A program made the translations under genes and the position numbers. Source: Lytechinus pictus (lineage: Eukaryota). Taken from it: a stretch of 64,000 nt of DNA. Every line of letters begins with the position of its first letter. Positions within the stretch are counted from its first letter, which is position 1. This document shows positions 25,568 through 39,710 of this stretch, in pieces. The notes beneath the pieces are model-generated. The model saw nothing but the letters and a program-made list of their open reading frames with translations, ran no database searches and had not been told where the DNA came from. The DNA lies in contig NC_087246.1 in NCBI RefSeq assembly GCF_037042905.1, positions 25,854,001-25,918,000 of the forward strand, in the 5' to 3' direction.

Positions 25568-26158
25568 AGGTCAAGTCCACCCCAGATAAAATGTTGATTT
25601 GAATAAGTAGAGAAAATCAAATTAGCAAAACGCTGAAAATTTCATCAAAATCGGATGTAAAATAAGAAAGTTATGACATTTTGCTTATTTTTCACAGAAC
25701 AGTGATATGCACAATTCAAATGAGACAGTAGATGATGTCCCTCACTCACTATTTATTTTGTTTTTTATTGTTTTATGTTTTAATTATACAATATTTCATT
25801 TTTTATAGATTTGACAAGATGGTCAAACTTGACTGAATCATATAGTATTAAACAATGCTCACTCCACTTGTTCAGGGAGGACTAAATCGTTGTTTCTCTT
25901 GACAATGAGGAGAAAAATAGAATATTTCCTATTTCATATAATAAAATCAAAAGAAATAGTGAGTGGATGATGTCATCAGTCTCCTCATTTGCATAACCAC
26001 CAGGATGTGCATATAACTGTTTTGTGAAATTAAGCAAAACTTTAAAATGTCATAACTTTCTTATTTTACATCCGATTTTGATGAAATTTTCAGTGTTATT
26101 CTTGTTGGATTTTTCTCTTTTTATTCATATCAACTTTTTGTTGGGGTGGACTTGTCCT
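25568..26158. mobile_element. Kolobok-like non-autonomous element (TTAA target, AG termini)
   Basis: TTAA|AGGTCAAGTCCACCCCA...TGGGGTGGACTTGTCCT|TTAA. Further copies at 34739-35897 (inverted, with an insertion) and, degenerate, at about 63315-63845. Confidence 0.8.
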
Positions 26159-27749
26159 TTAAAGAGACGAGCAGGTGAAACGTCCTCCCCTTTGGTTGCT
26201 GCAAAGTTTTGGAATCACCTTCCTGAAGACGGCCTCCTCTGTTGAATTATTCAAGAAAGCCATTCAGTCTCTTCTATTTTGCTAAAAAGCACAATGAATT
26301 GCATGGAATAAGCTGACCATTCTGAAGTGTTTAATGTTTAAAAACATGGAGCAGTGTGTGCGTAGCGCTTTGTAACCGAAAGGAAAATTATCCTGTAGTA
26401 GAAAGTACTTGTCACAACCCTTAACACTAAGTGATATCTTGAGATACAATCTATGCTTTCAGCATACTCTTAGTTCACAATCAGATTTTGTTATACCTTG
26501 AATTTTTATTTCAAGATATGATGTGAGTCATTTTGTAAAGAGTTCTGACAAGTTATTATGAATAAAAATGAAAGATAAAGGTTCTTATGTAATAAAAATT
26601 ATATAAGACAAATTCTACAATTCGAAATTAAAAGGCAAAATGATTTTTCTTGATAATTTCCTTATTAGATATTTCATTTATCTGCCAGTTATTGGTTTTT
26701 ATTTCAATTCATCTTTTCTGTATCACTTTTTTATTTCATTTTAGTCTGAATTACATTAATGAGTTAATTCATTTTTTTATTTATAATGGAATTCTAGAAA
26801 TTTAGATATTCAACACATTTAAGAACAGCATTTGTGGGTTTTTTTATGTGAAAACAATGTTCACTTTATGTATCAGATAGGATAAAACCAATCCCCTTCC
26901 AATCAAATGAACTTTTCTTGAACTTTGAGAATGTTTTTCACTTCTTGCATTCTGTCCATTGAGATGCAGATAAAACCTGGAATGGTTGAGATGTAACTCA
27001 TAAAGATGCTAAGGGGATGATGTGTGTTCAGACGGATTGGTGATTCTATATTGCAGACAAATCTTCCTGATATGTATTCAGATAGCTTCTTAACCATGTG
27101 ATATCTATCAATAAGGTACCTAGCTCTGGCTATGAACTATGCCAAATGTGTAGTGTACTAAAATCAAATAATGCTGAATGGTCTAATTCCTGTTCAAAGT
27201 GTGCTTTAACCCCTGTGCGCATTTCGAAATTCCTCACATGAAATTTGTTGGTCCAAAGTTGCAGTTCAACTGTTGACAAATTATGTGCTAATATTTAAAA
27301 AGTGTTGATTGGTTCACAACTTTTTGCAGCAAGGAGACAATATTTTTTCTGTAACCTCACACTCTATTGTCTTTTTTTACACAAAATGTTTCTGAGCCTT
27401 GATAGAGAGCTTTGTAGGTCTATGTCTGAACGTGACTTTCCTCCCTAAACTGAGTAAACTTGGGATGAACTCTTTTGGAATTGTGCCAAGATAGCACCCT
27501 TGGTAAATTCTTGGTCTCAAGGTTTTGAATCTGGAAAAAAAAATTATTCTCTCAATTGTCTTGATATATTGTAGTAATTGTTACCAATTAAATTTCATTG
27601 ATTGTATTGATGAATGTGAACATTTGTTTTTCATCTGTTTAGTATATTTGTTGTAGCTGGTTTGAGATCTCATACTTGTAGAAGGGACAAGGACTGGAAT
27701 TTGTTTGTTTCACCATATTCACCACCTCTGTCATTTCCATTATTGTTTT

Positions 27750-28140
27750 CATCATCACTGTTATCATCATCATCACCCTCACCATCATCATCACCTTATT
27801 GTCATCACCATCATCACCAACATGATCAAAACTATCATCATCTTAATCATCGTAGCCATCATCACCAACATCATCAAAACTATCATCATCATCATCATAG
27901 CCATCATCATCATCGTCATAATCACCATCATCATCATTATAGCCATCATCATCATCATAACCATCATCAGAATTACTATCGTCATCATCATCGTCATCAT
28001 AATCATCATTCTCATCACTGTCATGTCAATCATCACGGCCAACATCATCATCACACCCTTCATTATTATCATCACTGACATGTCTATGCCATCGTCACTA
28101 TAATTATAACTATCACCACCACCATCATCGTCGTCATAAT
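27750..28140. repeat. Degenerate (CAT)n microsatellite
   Basis: Direct inspection; explains the His/Ile/Met-rich ORFs here. Confidence 0.95.
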
Positions 28141-28528
28141 TTCCACCATTTTCTCCTTTCCTTCCCTTCTCCTCCCCATAAGACTTTCCTCCTCTTTTAC
28201 CTCGTCGTCGACCACCTCCATATTCATTCCAAACTCTATTTCGAAGAAACACAAATGCGTTTTGGTATTAGCAAGGTATGCGTTTTCTTTATTTTGCACG
28301 TCGAAGCAAATCCTTTGACAGGCTGGTTTGACGAACTGTGCACTAAAATGATTTATGGAACATCAAAAGATTTCAATAGATCACCAATTTCTTGTGGGCG
28401 GAGTGGGCACCGGTACATTCGACCTATCTTATTTGAACATTTATAGGCCCTACTCCTTGATTTTTCGAACCTTTAATATTGCAAGGATATATATCTTAAT
28501 TTCACGATATTTCATTAGCTGCACTCCT

Positions 28529-28930
28529 TTATTTTTGTCTCGCCTGCATAGCAGAGCGAGACTGTAGGCGCCGCTTTTCCGACGTCGGCGGCGTCGTCGT
28601 CATCAAATCTTAACCTAAGGTTACTTTTTTGAAGTAACATAACTTAAAAAGTATATATACCTAGTTCATGAAACTAGACATAATCGTAATCAAGTATTAC
28701 TGAACATCCTGCCTTGGTTTCAGGTCACATGACCTAGTTCAAATGTCATTTAGGGTAAATGAACTTAGACCATGTTGGGGGATCAATATCAAAATCTTAG
28801 CCATGATGGTTAAGTTTTTGAAATGTCATCATGACTTAGAAAGTATATGGACCTAGTTCATGAAACTTTCACAATAGGGTAATGAAATATTTCTAAACAT
28901 CCTGCCTGAGTTTCAGGTCACATGACCACG
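28529..28930 (+). mobile_element. Helentron/DINE-1-like non-autonomous element fragment
   Basis: T-run followed by a short hairpin GTCTCGC...GCGAGAC, a (CGT/CGG) microsatellite and two tandem modules of about 190 bp. Confidence 0.45.
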
Positions 28931-29789
28931 AAGAATGAACATGCAGTTTCGTCTATAGCGTTCAGAGATTGTTTCTTCTCCACTGGGTTGGAGAACTTCA
29001 TTTTGATGATCGATTTAAACATGGCTTTCCAAACTCTTATCAAATGATATTCTCAGTTTGACTGAATATCCTTAATTATTTTATTGACCTAAATATTGGA
29101 TAAACAAAGTGATAACAATTGCACGTAACGTCGGGGGGAGTAGCTCATCCCATTCCTTCAAATTATATATCTGATGCCACGATGGCGAAGGTCAGCGTTA
29201 TTTCCAATTTTGACACCAGCTTATTTACTTGTCCTAGGGATTACACTCGCAAGGGTCATCCCTTTTTCTCCCCGTTTTCTTCCACTCCTTAGTTGTTGTT
29301 TTTCTACCCCCCCCCCCCCCTCCTCCCCCACCCAAGGATACACTACATCTGTTTTTACCGATGGGGATCTGTAAGCCCTTCTTTGACATACTTTTGAAAT
29401 AGGTAATAGGTCGGCGAGTCGATATCTTGTTTTTGAAACTCGATCGCGTCAAATCATTCTTATAACCTAAGATTATGATATGTGTTCTGTCATTTTTGTT
29501 TGTCATAAAATCGTCATGTTTTATAGATAGACATCGGAGTATCACGAAGACGATATGGAATGATGGTAAACAGACAGGAATAGAAATATGAAACGTATAC
29601 CCAAGTATCTAGACTATGCCAGAATAATCCCATCCCCCAAGCGAAGTGCACGCATGTTCTGATGGCAAGGTACAAATTACAGCTTGAAGAGGGGGACGAA
29701 GGGGGTAATAGTCCGATTGGTTACAGTTATATTTTGTTTAATGTTTATTGCCGTATGAGAGGGTGAGTTTTTTTTTCAGTTAGGACTGA

Positions 29790-30090
29790 CACACCTACAG
29801 ACTCTCCCCTCCTCTCTCTCCCCCTCACAATCTCACACACCCACAGACTCTCCCCTCCTCTCTCTCTCACATCCACACACACACACCCATAGACTCTCCA
29901 CTCCTCTCTTTCCCCCTCACACTCACACACACCCACAGACTCTCCCCTCCTCTCTCTCTCACATTCACACACACACACCCATAGACTCTCCCCTCCTCTC
30001 TCTCCCCCTCACACACACCCACATACTCTCCCCTCCTCTCTCTCTCTCACACACACACCCGCACAATCCCCTCCTCCTCTCTCTCTCTTT
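29790..30090. repeat. CT/CA compound minisatellite
   Basis: About 7 units of AGACTCTCCCCTCCTCTCTCT...CACACACCC. Confidence 0.9.
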
Positions 30091-31534
30091 AAAATAGAAG
30101 ATACATATTTTTAAAAATCAATAAACTTAACTTATCAAATTTTATTTCAAATATATACTTATCATGCTTATTATGCAGACATGAGGAGGGTAATATACAA
30201 ATATATGACATCATGGTTCAGGTATAATGTGAGGGTGCCTCTATAATGTCTCTTTAACACAATAAATGTACTGAACATAGTATAGGAAAACACTCTAATA
30301 AAGGGTTGTGTAAAAGTTAACGTGAATATATTAACTGATATTTGATTAACTTTTCCGCAACTGTTCTTTCAGAGTGCAATCCTGCATAATATTCATATTA
30401 TATTTACAGTTTGAAGGTAGAAAGGAAAAATAATACAAAAATACAATTAAATGAGATAAACAGTAATGAAAGTAATGAAGTGATATAATCAGCCATAAAT
30501 GACTTGGAATTCGATAGAATAATTTACAGATATCAACACATTGTTTACACATAAATTTATCAAGCGTGAGGGATGGAGATTTCATGCATTATGGAAAAAA
30601 ATACAAAAGAAACTCTCTAAAAATATATATATCAAAGCAAGTTAAATTGTTAATCTAATTATCAAGCAATATGTTATTAGTACTTTCATGCATCCAAGAC
30701 CGGTGAAAGTATTTTAATACTAGAGACTAGTTAATATAAAAATAGGATTGAAATAATATTCTCAAATCAATAAAGATTTTTCACATTTTCATTGCTTCCA
30801 TGTGCTATTATGTAAACCTTGTTTAGTTTTATGAATGAAACATTACCAACAAGCATCCTTGAAAAATAAATCAAATTATTACTAATAGCGCAGTCACATT
30901 TCCCCTACGGCGGCCGTAAGGCGAGTCGAAAACAGCACTGCAGTTTTAAATGTTTTTGTGCTAGCTATGTATAGTTAGGGGAAATGTGACCGCAGCATTA
31001 ATATTCATTTTTATTACACATTCTTTACTCTGAATTAAATGTAGGTACCTTCTCATAAAACTTTACCTGTTTGACGGAAACATGTTTGACATCATCGGAA
31101 CAGTTTGAATTTCTGAGCAATGTCAAACTATTGTAATACAATAACAAGGTTTATGGCACCCGTACCCTTTTCTTAAATGTTTTATTTTGGAATGTATCTA
31201 GGCCTACACTAGATCGTTACAGGGAAGTTCATCAATCAATGACCGATGTACTCAACACGCTTATCATGTAATTCCATTCCGTTCTCCTTCCTTTTTTTTG
31301 TCAATGAAAAACTTCAATTCATGCCAATATATAATTCCGTTTTCATGAAAGTGATTTTTTTCTTATTATTGTGACACGCTTAAAGAATGGCCATACAGGC
31401 ATATAAGCCGATGTATGTTATTTTACTATAAACGATAAGCATCGAACCGGATAAAACTGAATCGGTGGGAGGGTTGGTGCAAATTAATGGTGATTGTCTT
31501 CGATGGTGACATCGAGATAGTTGGCACGAGTCGT

Positions 31535-31726
31535 CTATTTCGGTTCAGATGACGCGGTCTGGATAGAGTTAAGATTCATCTCATCGGAGGTAGCGTAGTC
31601 CTCCTCATCGCCGTACTCGCAGGTAGTGCATCGTCGGAGTCGGCTTGCACTGACGTTGGGATCGAGGATGTAGTCGTACGTGATCGCTCCTAGCAGTCCA
31701 CCAATCATTGGTCCAACCCAGTAAAC
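31535..31726 (-). CDS. Aquaporin (AQP4/AQP1-like) last coding exon: TM6 and C-terminal tail
   Basis: CAG acceptor, then VYWVGPMIGGLLGAITYDYILDP...SSEPK*, the canonical MIP TM6 motif; phase 0. Confidence 0.93.
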   Translation of the reverse strand, partial: VYWVGPMIGGLLGAITYDYILDPNVSASRLRRCTTCEYGDEEDYATSDEMNLNSIQTASSEPK

Positions 31727-33118
31727 CTGATCAACATAAAGATGAGAAACGTATAAGCACATAAAATTGAAGGGGTACTCCGGGCTGAAAAAATATATAT
31801 CTGAATAAATAGAGTAAAATTAAAAATTTCATCAAAATTCTGAAATTCAAAGTTTAGCAATATTTTGTTAAAACAGTTATATTACGCACATCGTCATGAA
31901 TATTCATTGGATGGACTGATGATAAAAGTCACCACTTTTCCTTTTCTTATGTTATTACAGGAAATCATAATTATTTTATATTTTCATACATGTGTGTATG
32001 ATATGTCTCTCTTATAGTAAAATAAGTTGCAGCAATGAATATCTAATGCATTAAAGGATCCGGGCGGAGAATATTAATATCTAAATAAATAAATTAAAAT
32101 TCACAGAGAAAAATGCTGAAAATTTCATCAAAATAGGATAACAAAATAACGATGTTATTGAATGTTAAAGTTTAGCAATATTTTATGAAAACATATATAT
32201 GCACGTCATCATGAATATTCATTAGGTGGGCTGATGATGAATTTTCAATGTCCCAAGCAAGGTTGGTATGCCTCACAATAGAGTTAGTATCAAGGTAGCC
32301 GAGTGTTGCTTTCTAAGATTGGTTTCTATACATATAAAGTATCATCGATTTATTCTGTATCATTTCAACAATTTAATTAGCTTCATCATCCGAATATAAT
32401 TTTGGCCAACACTTTATGAACGGTCATCATGGCCATCGGAAGTAATCGTTATCGATAAATCATCAGTCAAAAAAATGAATGGAGGAATACATTTTCCCCG
32501 ATGATTGACATCATGCCGTATGCTCTCGAACACTTGAACTTGGAGAGTACTTAAGAAGGTCGTTTGTTCTTTTTTTTTCAAATCGAAAACATGCATTCAA
32601 CATCGGGTAAAGGAAACACACCAGTAAAATAGAAAATCGTTCAAATTGGATCGGGAATCAGCAGCATAATTTTAGGGGATAATTAAATGTACATTGTTCT
32701 TTTGGTAGACCTCTCGGTCAATTATTTGAAATTTTCAAATAGCGTATTTTATAGCATCAATTTTGCAGACGCTTTCTGCAATATTCAGAATATCTTGAAA
32801 ATGCCCGTCAAATCACAACGGATAGATTAGAGGTCATTGTCGAAAGTTGGTGTAACGGGACAGCATATCGTCTTCAGATTTGGATCGGAAAAAAAAATTG
32901 CAAAAATGTCGTTTGTCCAGAGTCCAGGACGACACTGCTGTTTTGATTCACTGATTTTCGACAAAGACTGCTTTGTTATGAAGGGGTTTTGACAAAAGAT
33001 TCTCTATATACGTTATAGAAAGCGTCCACGAAGTGATTGCTAAAATGCCCTAATCAGGTTTCATTTAAGCGAAGAGAGGTTTGTGAATTGATGGAAATCG
33101 AATAAAACCAAAACATAC

Positions 33119-33199
33119 CCAGTGCGCAGTCCATACTCCACCGACGACAGCCGATCCAAGACTACGAGCGGGATTCATACTAGCACCAGAATATTGAAT
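33119..33199 (-). CDS. Aquaporin 81-nt exon with the second NPA motif
   Basis: CAG|[27 protein letters not shown]|GTATGT; phase 0-0. Not in the ORF track. Confidence 0.93.
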
Positions 33200-33379
33200 C
33201 TGTAAAAGAAATTAGAAAGATATCATTAAGTTGGTAATATTTTGCAAGTGTTATTCACTTACTTACAAATCTGTGTATAAACTGGTGAAGATGTGCCTGT
33301 GCCTTGCATTATGTATAAAGCTGCCAGTGGCAAATGGTCTGGAATTTCTAGCCGAGTCAGGCTTTCACCCAATAGACAG

Positions 33380-33451
33380 TCATTATCACCAATACTATTC
33401 ACCACCGTCATCATCACCATCATCATAATCAGTATCATCATCATCATCACC

Positions 33452-33483
<32 letters not shown>

Positions 33484-33690
33484 TACAATCATAAGTAGTA
33501 GCATCAGCATCATCACCATCACCATCAACAGTATTACCATCGCCATCACCACCAATACGACTACATCCACCACCATCGCCATCATCATTATCAACATCAC
33601 AATGTCATCATCATCTGCAATCGCGAGCACCATAATCACCATCGCCAGCATAATCATCACCATAGTCAACTCCACAACCACCACCGCCGT
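33380..33690. repeat. Degenerate (CAT/CAC)n microsatellite
   Basis: Direct inspection. Confidence 0.95.
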
Positions 33691-34738
33691 CGTTAAAACA
33701 CCCCTTTAAAGCATAGCTAGAGTAAAACATTTTGTTTGAATGTATTTGCCTATTAAGTTTTAAATGAGAGAAAGAGATGTAAAAGGAGATTCGATTTCAC
33801 ACCCTTTTAATCCTCCCACGATATCCGCGGTCAAGATGTGCATGTACATATTAATCATGGATGCGTTCTTTAGAGCATAAATGTTGTCACGAGAATGTTA
33901 TGATATCAACGAGTGTAAACGCTGCTCCAAAGTCTGATACCATCATTGTGTTATGATAGACGTAAATGGCAATATATGACCATTTACTGCAGCTTTTTAT
34001 AAACCAGTCTATCTTATCTTATTGAGAACAAACAAAATACAAAACAACATTAGAGCACAAGCCGCAAAGCTATTTAAAACAGCGATTTCATGTAAATTTG
34101 ATTGATTACAAAAAAGTCACATTGATCATTGACATCTCAGTGATTTTTCGAGGGGAAAAAAGTTTTAATTGTCACACTTGTAAAAAAAATAGTCAGGATG
34201 AAATAATACTCATCATGTACATTTTTGATCATTTTCCTTTCTGAAACTCGGTTATTATAGTGATATCATTGTCAAACACCATGTCCAAGTAAAAACGACA
34301 TCAAGTGTGTATTGGTTGCATGGGATAAAGTGGCCTATATGATTTAATTATTTCCCGCGATAATTTCAAACTGACAGCCAATTAATCTTTGTGATTGAGA
34401 GATGAAAAATCATCTGTTGCAGTGGCGGATCCAGGCCCCCCCCCCCCCCCTTGAGAGCCATAGTCCAAACTTTTGATGGAAATATGCCGTTCTTACACAA
34501 GTGTGCCCGTTGTAAAGTCACAACATATATTTTTTAATGGGAATATGTCGTTTATACACAAGGGAGAACCTTTTTTTTTTTTGCTTGTCAAATTTTCCTC
34601 GGGAAAATGTGCCCCCCCTCCCTTTGAAAAAATCCTGGATCCGCCCCGGAACTGCTGAATAAAGATATTCTTATTTACATCTTGCAAAATCAAATAGACG
34701 CTTTTATGTCACATCGTAGCACCTTGATGTTAACTTAA

Positions 34739-35394
34739 AGGACAAGTCCACCCCAACTAAAAGTTGATTTTAATAAAAAGAGAAAAATCCAACAAGCATA
34801 ACACTGAAAATTTCATCAAAATCGGATGTAAAATAAGAAAGTTGTGACATTTTAAAGTTTCGCTTAATTTCACATAACAGTTACATGCACATCCTGGTCG
34901 GTATGCAAATGAGGAGACTAATGACGTCATCCACTCACTATTTCTTTTGTATTTTATTATATGAAATATAAAATATTTTGATTTTCCCCTCATTGTCAAG
35001 TGAAACAACGATTAATTCCTCCCTGAAAATGTGGAATTAGCATTGATTAATACTATATGGTTCAGTCAAGTTGGTCCTTATTGTCAAATCTGTAAAAAAT
35101 GAAATATTTGTTTTTACTGGTCCAAAATTATGGAATTCTTTTTCAAAGGATATTATACAATGTAATTCAATACACAATTTCAAAGGAAAACTTAAAAAAT
35201 ATCTTCTGAATTCATATTAGATTATCGTTTTTTCCCAAAGTAATGTAATTCAGAACTTAATATGTAAATGTGTTTATTAATTTCTCTTTGTATATATGTT
35301 TAATCGTTTTATGATTTCTGTATACAGTGTATACTGAATCATTTATTTTTATTATTATTTATTTATTTTTATTTTTATTTGTTTATTTTTTATT

Positions 35395-35434
<40 letters not shown>

Positions 35435-35897
35435 TATTTCTTTATTTTATCTTATTTTTTATTCATAAAATTTACTTATAAAAGGGGGCCTTTACCCTAC
35501 AAGCTCTGCTTTTTAGTTGGTCTCCTTCCCTTTCGATTTCATGGTATTATTGTATTATAAAAAAATGATTTAAATGTTATATTTTGTAAATATGTATATT
35601 GAACTATCATTGTAAATGTAAAAAGATTGAAAGAGAAAATAAATGAATTGAATTGAATTGTATAATTCAAACAATAAAAAACAAAAGAAATAATAGTGAG
35701 TGATGGACATCACCGACCGGCTCATCTGCATGTCACTGAGTTGTGCATATCACTTATTTGTGAAAAATAAGGGAAACTTTAAAATGCCGCATAACTTTCT
35801 TATTCTACATCCTATTTGGATGAAATTTTCTGCGTTCTGCTAGTTTGATTTTTCTCTATTATTTCACATCAACATTTTTCTGGGGTGGACTTGACCT
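34739..35897. mobile_element. Second Kolobok-like copy, interrupted by an AT-rich insertion
   Basis: TTAA|AGGACAAGTCCACCCCA...TGGGGTGGACTTGACCT|TTAA; reverse-complement similarity to 25568-26158. Confidence 0.8.
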
Positions 35898-38800
35898 TTA
35901 AAGCACGTGCATATACAATAGACTTTAAACCGTAATGATAGCTATATTAAACCATATGACCTAATCCCTACATCTGAGAACGTGCTGGATATCATCAACA
36001 AACCATGCAAATTGTCCACAGTGACTTAAAATACTTTAATTCGAAAATATTTTGAAATCGCATCTGATATTTATTTCGTGAGAAATACATCACGAATCTA
36101 CGTGGGAATCACGAGAGTGAATATAACATAGATACATGTATAGTGCAAATGACGGGCATGGAATATAACCGCATAAATTGTCATTCCTTTTTTTTTTTTG
36201 ATCGGTCATCGCGAGATATTGGCAGAGTGCTATAATTGACTATATAAATATTGACTGAGTTGGTCTAATGCATACATGTGATATCCATTTCCCAGGGGTT
36301 AATATTGACAAAGATCAACCGAACAAAAATATTTCACACTTGACCTTTATCAACATAAAAATGATACCAAACATCATTCGTATATGATCAATGCTTTGAT
36401 TGCAGTGATGCTATTCATATACATGTAACAAAGTTATTACCCCATAATTGTAATGACACGTGGATGTTTAGGTGCAAAGAATAGCTTTATATCGTATCGT
36501 TTATCAAAATCGCTATATGTGTGAGACCAGTGAGAAAAACGTGATATTCAATGATACTTTTATAGCACAAAATAATAATACATAACATTTATAAGGCACC
36601 TACTATATATACCATGCAGGCGTTTCTAAGCGCACTGTATTATGTTTATGGTTTATACTCGGGGAAAATGATAAAGAATCATATCAAATCATAGAAATCA
36701 TAGAATTTACCATTTCTTAAGTATATCATTTCAACTCTTTCCACTTTCGCCTTCTCCCAAGAAAAGATGGCATATCGTCGTATCATATTAAAGGGTGTCA
36801 TATTGGCCCGATGTACAAAAGTATCCTCTCTTTAACCTTCTCTCCAACATTGTTCTTCCAATAAATCTGTTTCTCACATTGCAAAGCAAGAGTTAAAACA
36901 GAGAGTAAAAATTGATAATTTTTTATATAAAAAAATCTACAGCGAATGTGTGCATGTGACTATAGGGAAGTTTCACGCCTATAGCGTGCAACCATTTTTC
37001 ACCTCTCAACTCCGAAGCAAGCTTCAGAACCTGACAAACATTCCATATCATCATAGATGACTGTCATAATGAAGGATGCGGATGGATTATTGGTGAGGCA
37101 ACTGGTCTCGATTCATGGCGTACTTCTTCGGATTACTTGGCAAAGAAGACATTCTTACATCCATCATTATTTTCATAAAACCACATCATTAACCAGCTGT
37201 GGTCTCGGATATAATTTTTGTTCTCTGTAATGACGTTTTGAATTCATCAAAATAAAAACGATTTGACAAAATTAAGCTGTTTTGAGGCAGGGGGAGTGGC
37301 GGGAATCACCGCTCCATGAACATGCAAAAATGCGAAAGGAACATTCACTAACAGGTATCATTTTGTAGAGGAAGGGGACTGAAATTCATCAATGCAATAT
37401 ATAGCTCATCGTCTTTTATGAGTTATTTGGTAAAATATTGTCTTTGGACTTAAATAAATAGTTGTATGTCGATTCGATACTAAAAGTTCACCATTTACCA
37501 TTTCATTATCTCCTTACATTTAGTTAAATGACCATAACTTTATAATTGGTCGACTTTGCCTATAACCATTGTTAGCAAACGACTCCTTATAAGTGACATT
37601 ATGAATGACTTATTAAAACACCATAACAAAGACATTCATGAATATTATGGCACAAGAATGCTCTAGTTTTCTGACATGACCTTGGTTCTGAATCGTAAAA
37701 CTAGATGTGTCAAAGACGTAATAGCATCATCTTTGTAGAAGTATGGAAAGTTGATGCGATTTATGTTTTACAGGCAATAATACAATGACACGTATACCAT
37801 AAATCACGATTACATTTATATTTGTTAACGGAATATAGAAGCTTCAATTTTTTTCTGATAACACCACGTGGGGGGAGGAATGTAAAGATTATATTTCAAA
37901 TAATGTAGGAAAGTCCCTCGCCCCTCCTAAAACGATATTAATTCCATTGCTATATCTTCGATCATAATTATGGATTTCGAATCTCACTCTCTATCTCTAC
38001 CATTCATTGAAATAAAGAGTTACAAAGCTTTTATATATTTGTAAGTAATAACAAATCAATTTGCAATTGATTGCTTATGTTCAGCATCAGTCGACAAAGA
38101 TGGAAAGTCACTCAAAAGTGTGTGTTAGAAACACAATATTTTTTATTAACAATAAAATAGATACTGATAACTCATTTACATGCACGATTTCGACATGCTT
38201 GCAAAATCGCGATCTTTTCACTGAATAAGCATGATAAACAAAAAAACTTGAATGAAAAATGAAATTGAACCAAATCGTTACACTATAAATCGAAAATTTT
38301 TGGTTACCTTTATCCACCAAGCGACACTGAAAATACATTCTTATTTTAGAAAAGCATGTAAGCACAACTGCATTGTCACAATACAGGATAGAGGAAAAAA
38401 GTAACCAGAATTTATGACTGTGACTGCGAAAACTAATAAAAGGATATCGAAAAAAGCAACTACAAATTTAGGGAATACACTATAGTTTGGCAAGCATCCC
38501 AATCTTAAAAGGATTTGCATCCCGTTTTGAAGTTTGTTTTCACCGTAGTAATGATAACAAACATAAATCAGTGATGTGAATGAACATCTACTCAATATTC
38601 ATCTTTGCAATTCCTATATTTGGGGCAAGTCCAAATTTGCGCCCCATATACGTATTTCCTAGTATTAAGTGTATATTTCGGGGGTTTTAAAAATAAATCC
38701 CCCAAAAGTAACTGTCACTGTCCTAGATAATTATCAGGTCCTCAAACCTCCTATTTGTGTGGATAATAATGAAATTAAACAATAACGTGTTTTGTTTATG

Positions 38801-39469
38801 TTCTACATCCTGTGAATTTTATATTCACAAACTTTGTCTTTTTTATAATACAAAACAACTTTAAAAGCACGGAATGGACTGGACAGTGCAAGACATAATA
38901 TTTGTTTCTTCAAGCATTACACTTTGGAAATAAAATGTTCCAAGGGCCCAGAAATAAACCATGAGAGGTTGCTAGATATTTTCAAAAGCAAAATTCTTAT
39001 TTTTACAAAGGAAAAAAAAATCGGCGCCTCGGACCCCTTTAAATTCCTTCCGACGGGCATGTATAAAAGGTATGTGTATTCGGAACACACGTGGTCATTT
39101 CCCATTTTAGCATCCTGTATCAGTATCTGCTGGATGAGATGGAGGTATATAAAAAAAAAAAAGGTTGAAGTGACGTAAATAGATAACATAACTTAGACTT
39201 AACCGAGTTCCACTTCCCCGGTTTCGGCTCCAGGTTTTAGTGAAAGTTTAAAGCAGCTGGCTAAATTCAGGTTATCACGAAGAGACAATATAAAAGCTCC
39301 ATATAGACAAAATGATAGTTCCAAAATTTTGCAATTACAACATTGCCACGACTGATCTCAAGATACATGAAGATCTGACAAGATTTGACACGATCATTTC
39401 GATTACTCCACAATTTTAACCACGGTGTCAATCGTAGCGTGAATCGCAACAGTGGGAAGTATATGCAAT

Positions 39470-39710
39470 GCATAAACTCCGGTGTTGATTAAACACCAGT
39501 CCGGAATCTATATATCTATGTCCACACCAGAGAAGTGTTAAACAACACCACTTTGGTTTTGGTCTAACACCAGATATGTGTTTATATAACACCGATTAGT
39601 ATTAAAACAGCATCGGTTTGATTCCAAACTGGTGTTATTTCAATACTTCTCTGGTGTGGACATAATAGATTCCGGGTTGGTGTTAAATCAACACCGGAGT
39701 TTTTGCAGTG
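39470..39710. mobile_element. CACTG-type (EnSpm-like) MITE; similar element at 54609-54846
   Basis: AAACTCCGGTGTTGATT / AATCAACACCGGAGTTTTTGCAGTG termini with internal AACACC motifs. Confidence 0.55.

Noticed and set aside
27662-28299. His-, Ile- and Met-rich ORFs (also 33231-33709)
   Set aside because: Translations of (CAT)n microsatellites, open in several frames on both strands.
31484-31537. AQP4-like stop-codon readthrough extension (TAG then TTRANYLDVTIEDNHH*)
   Set aside because: TAG-A is not a leaky context, unlike TGA-CTAG of vertebrate AQP4, and 16 open codons is expected by chance.
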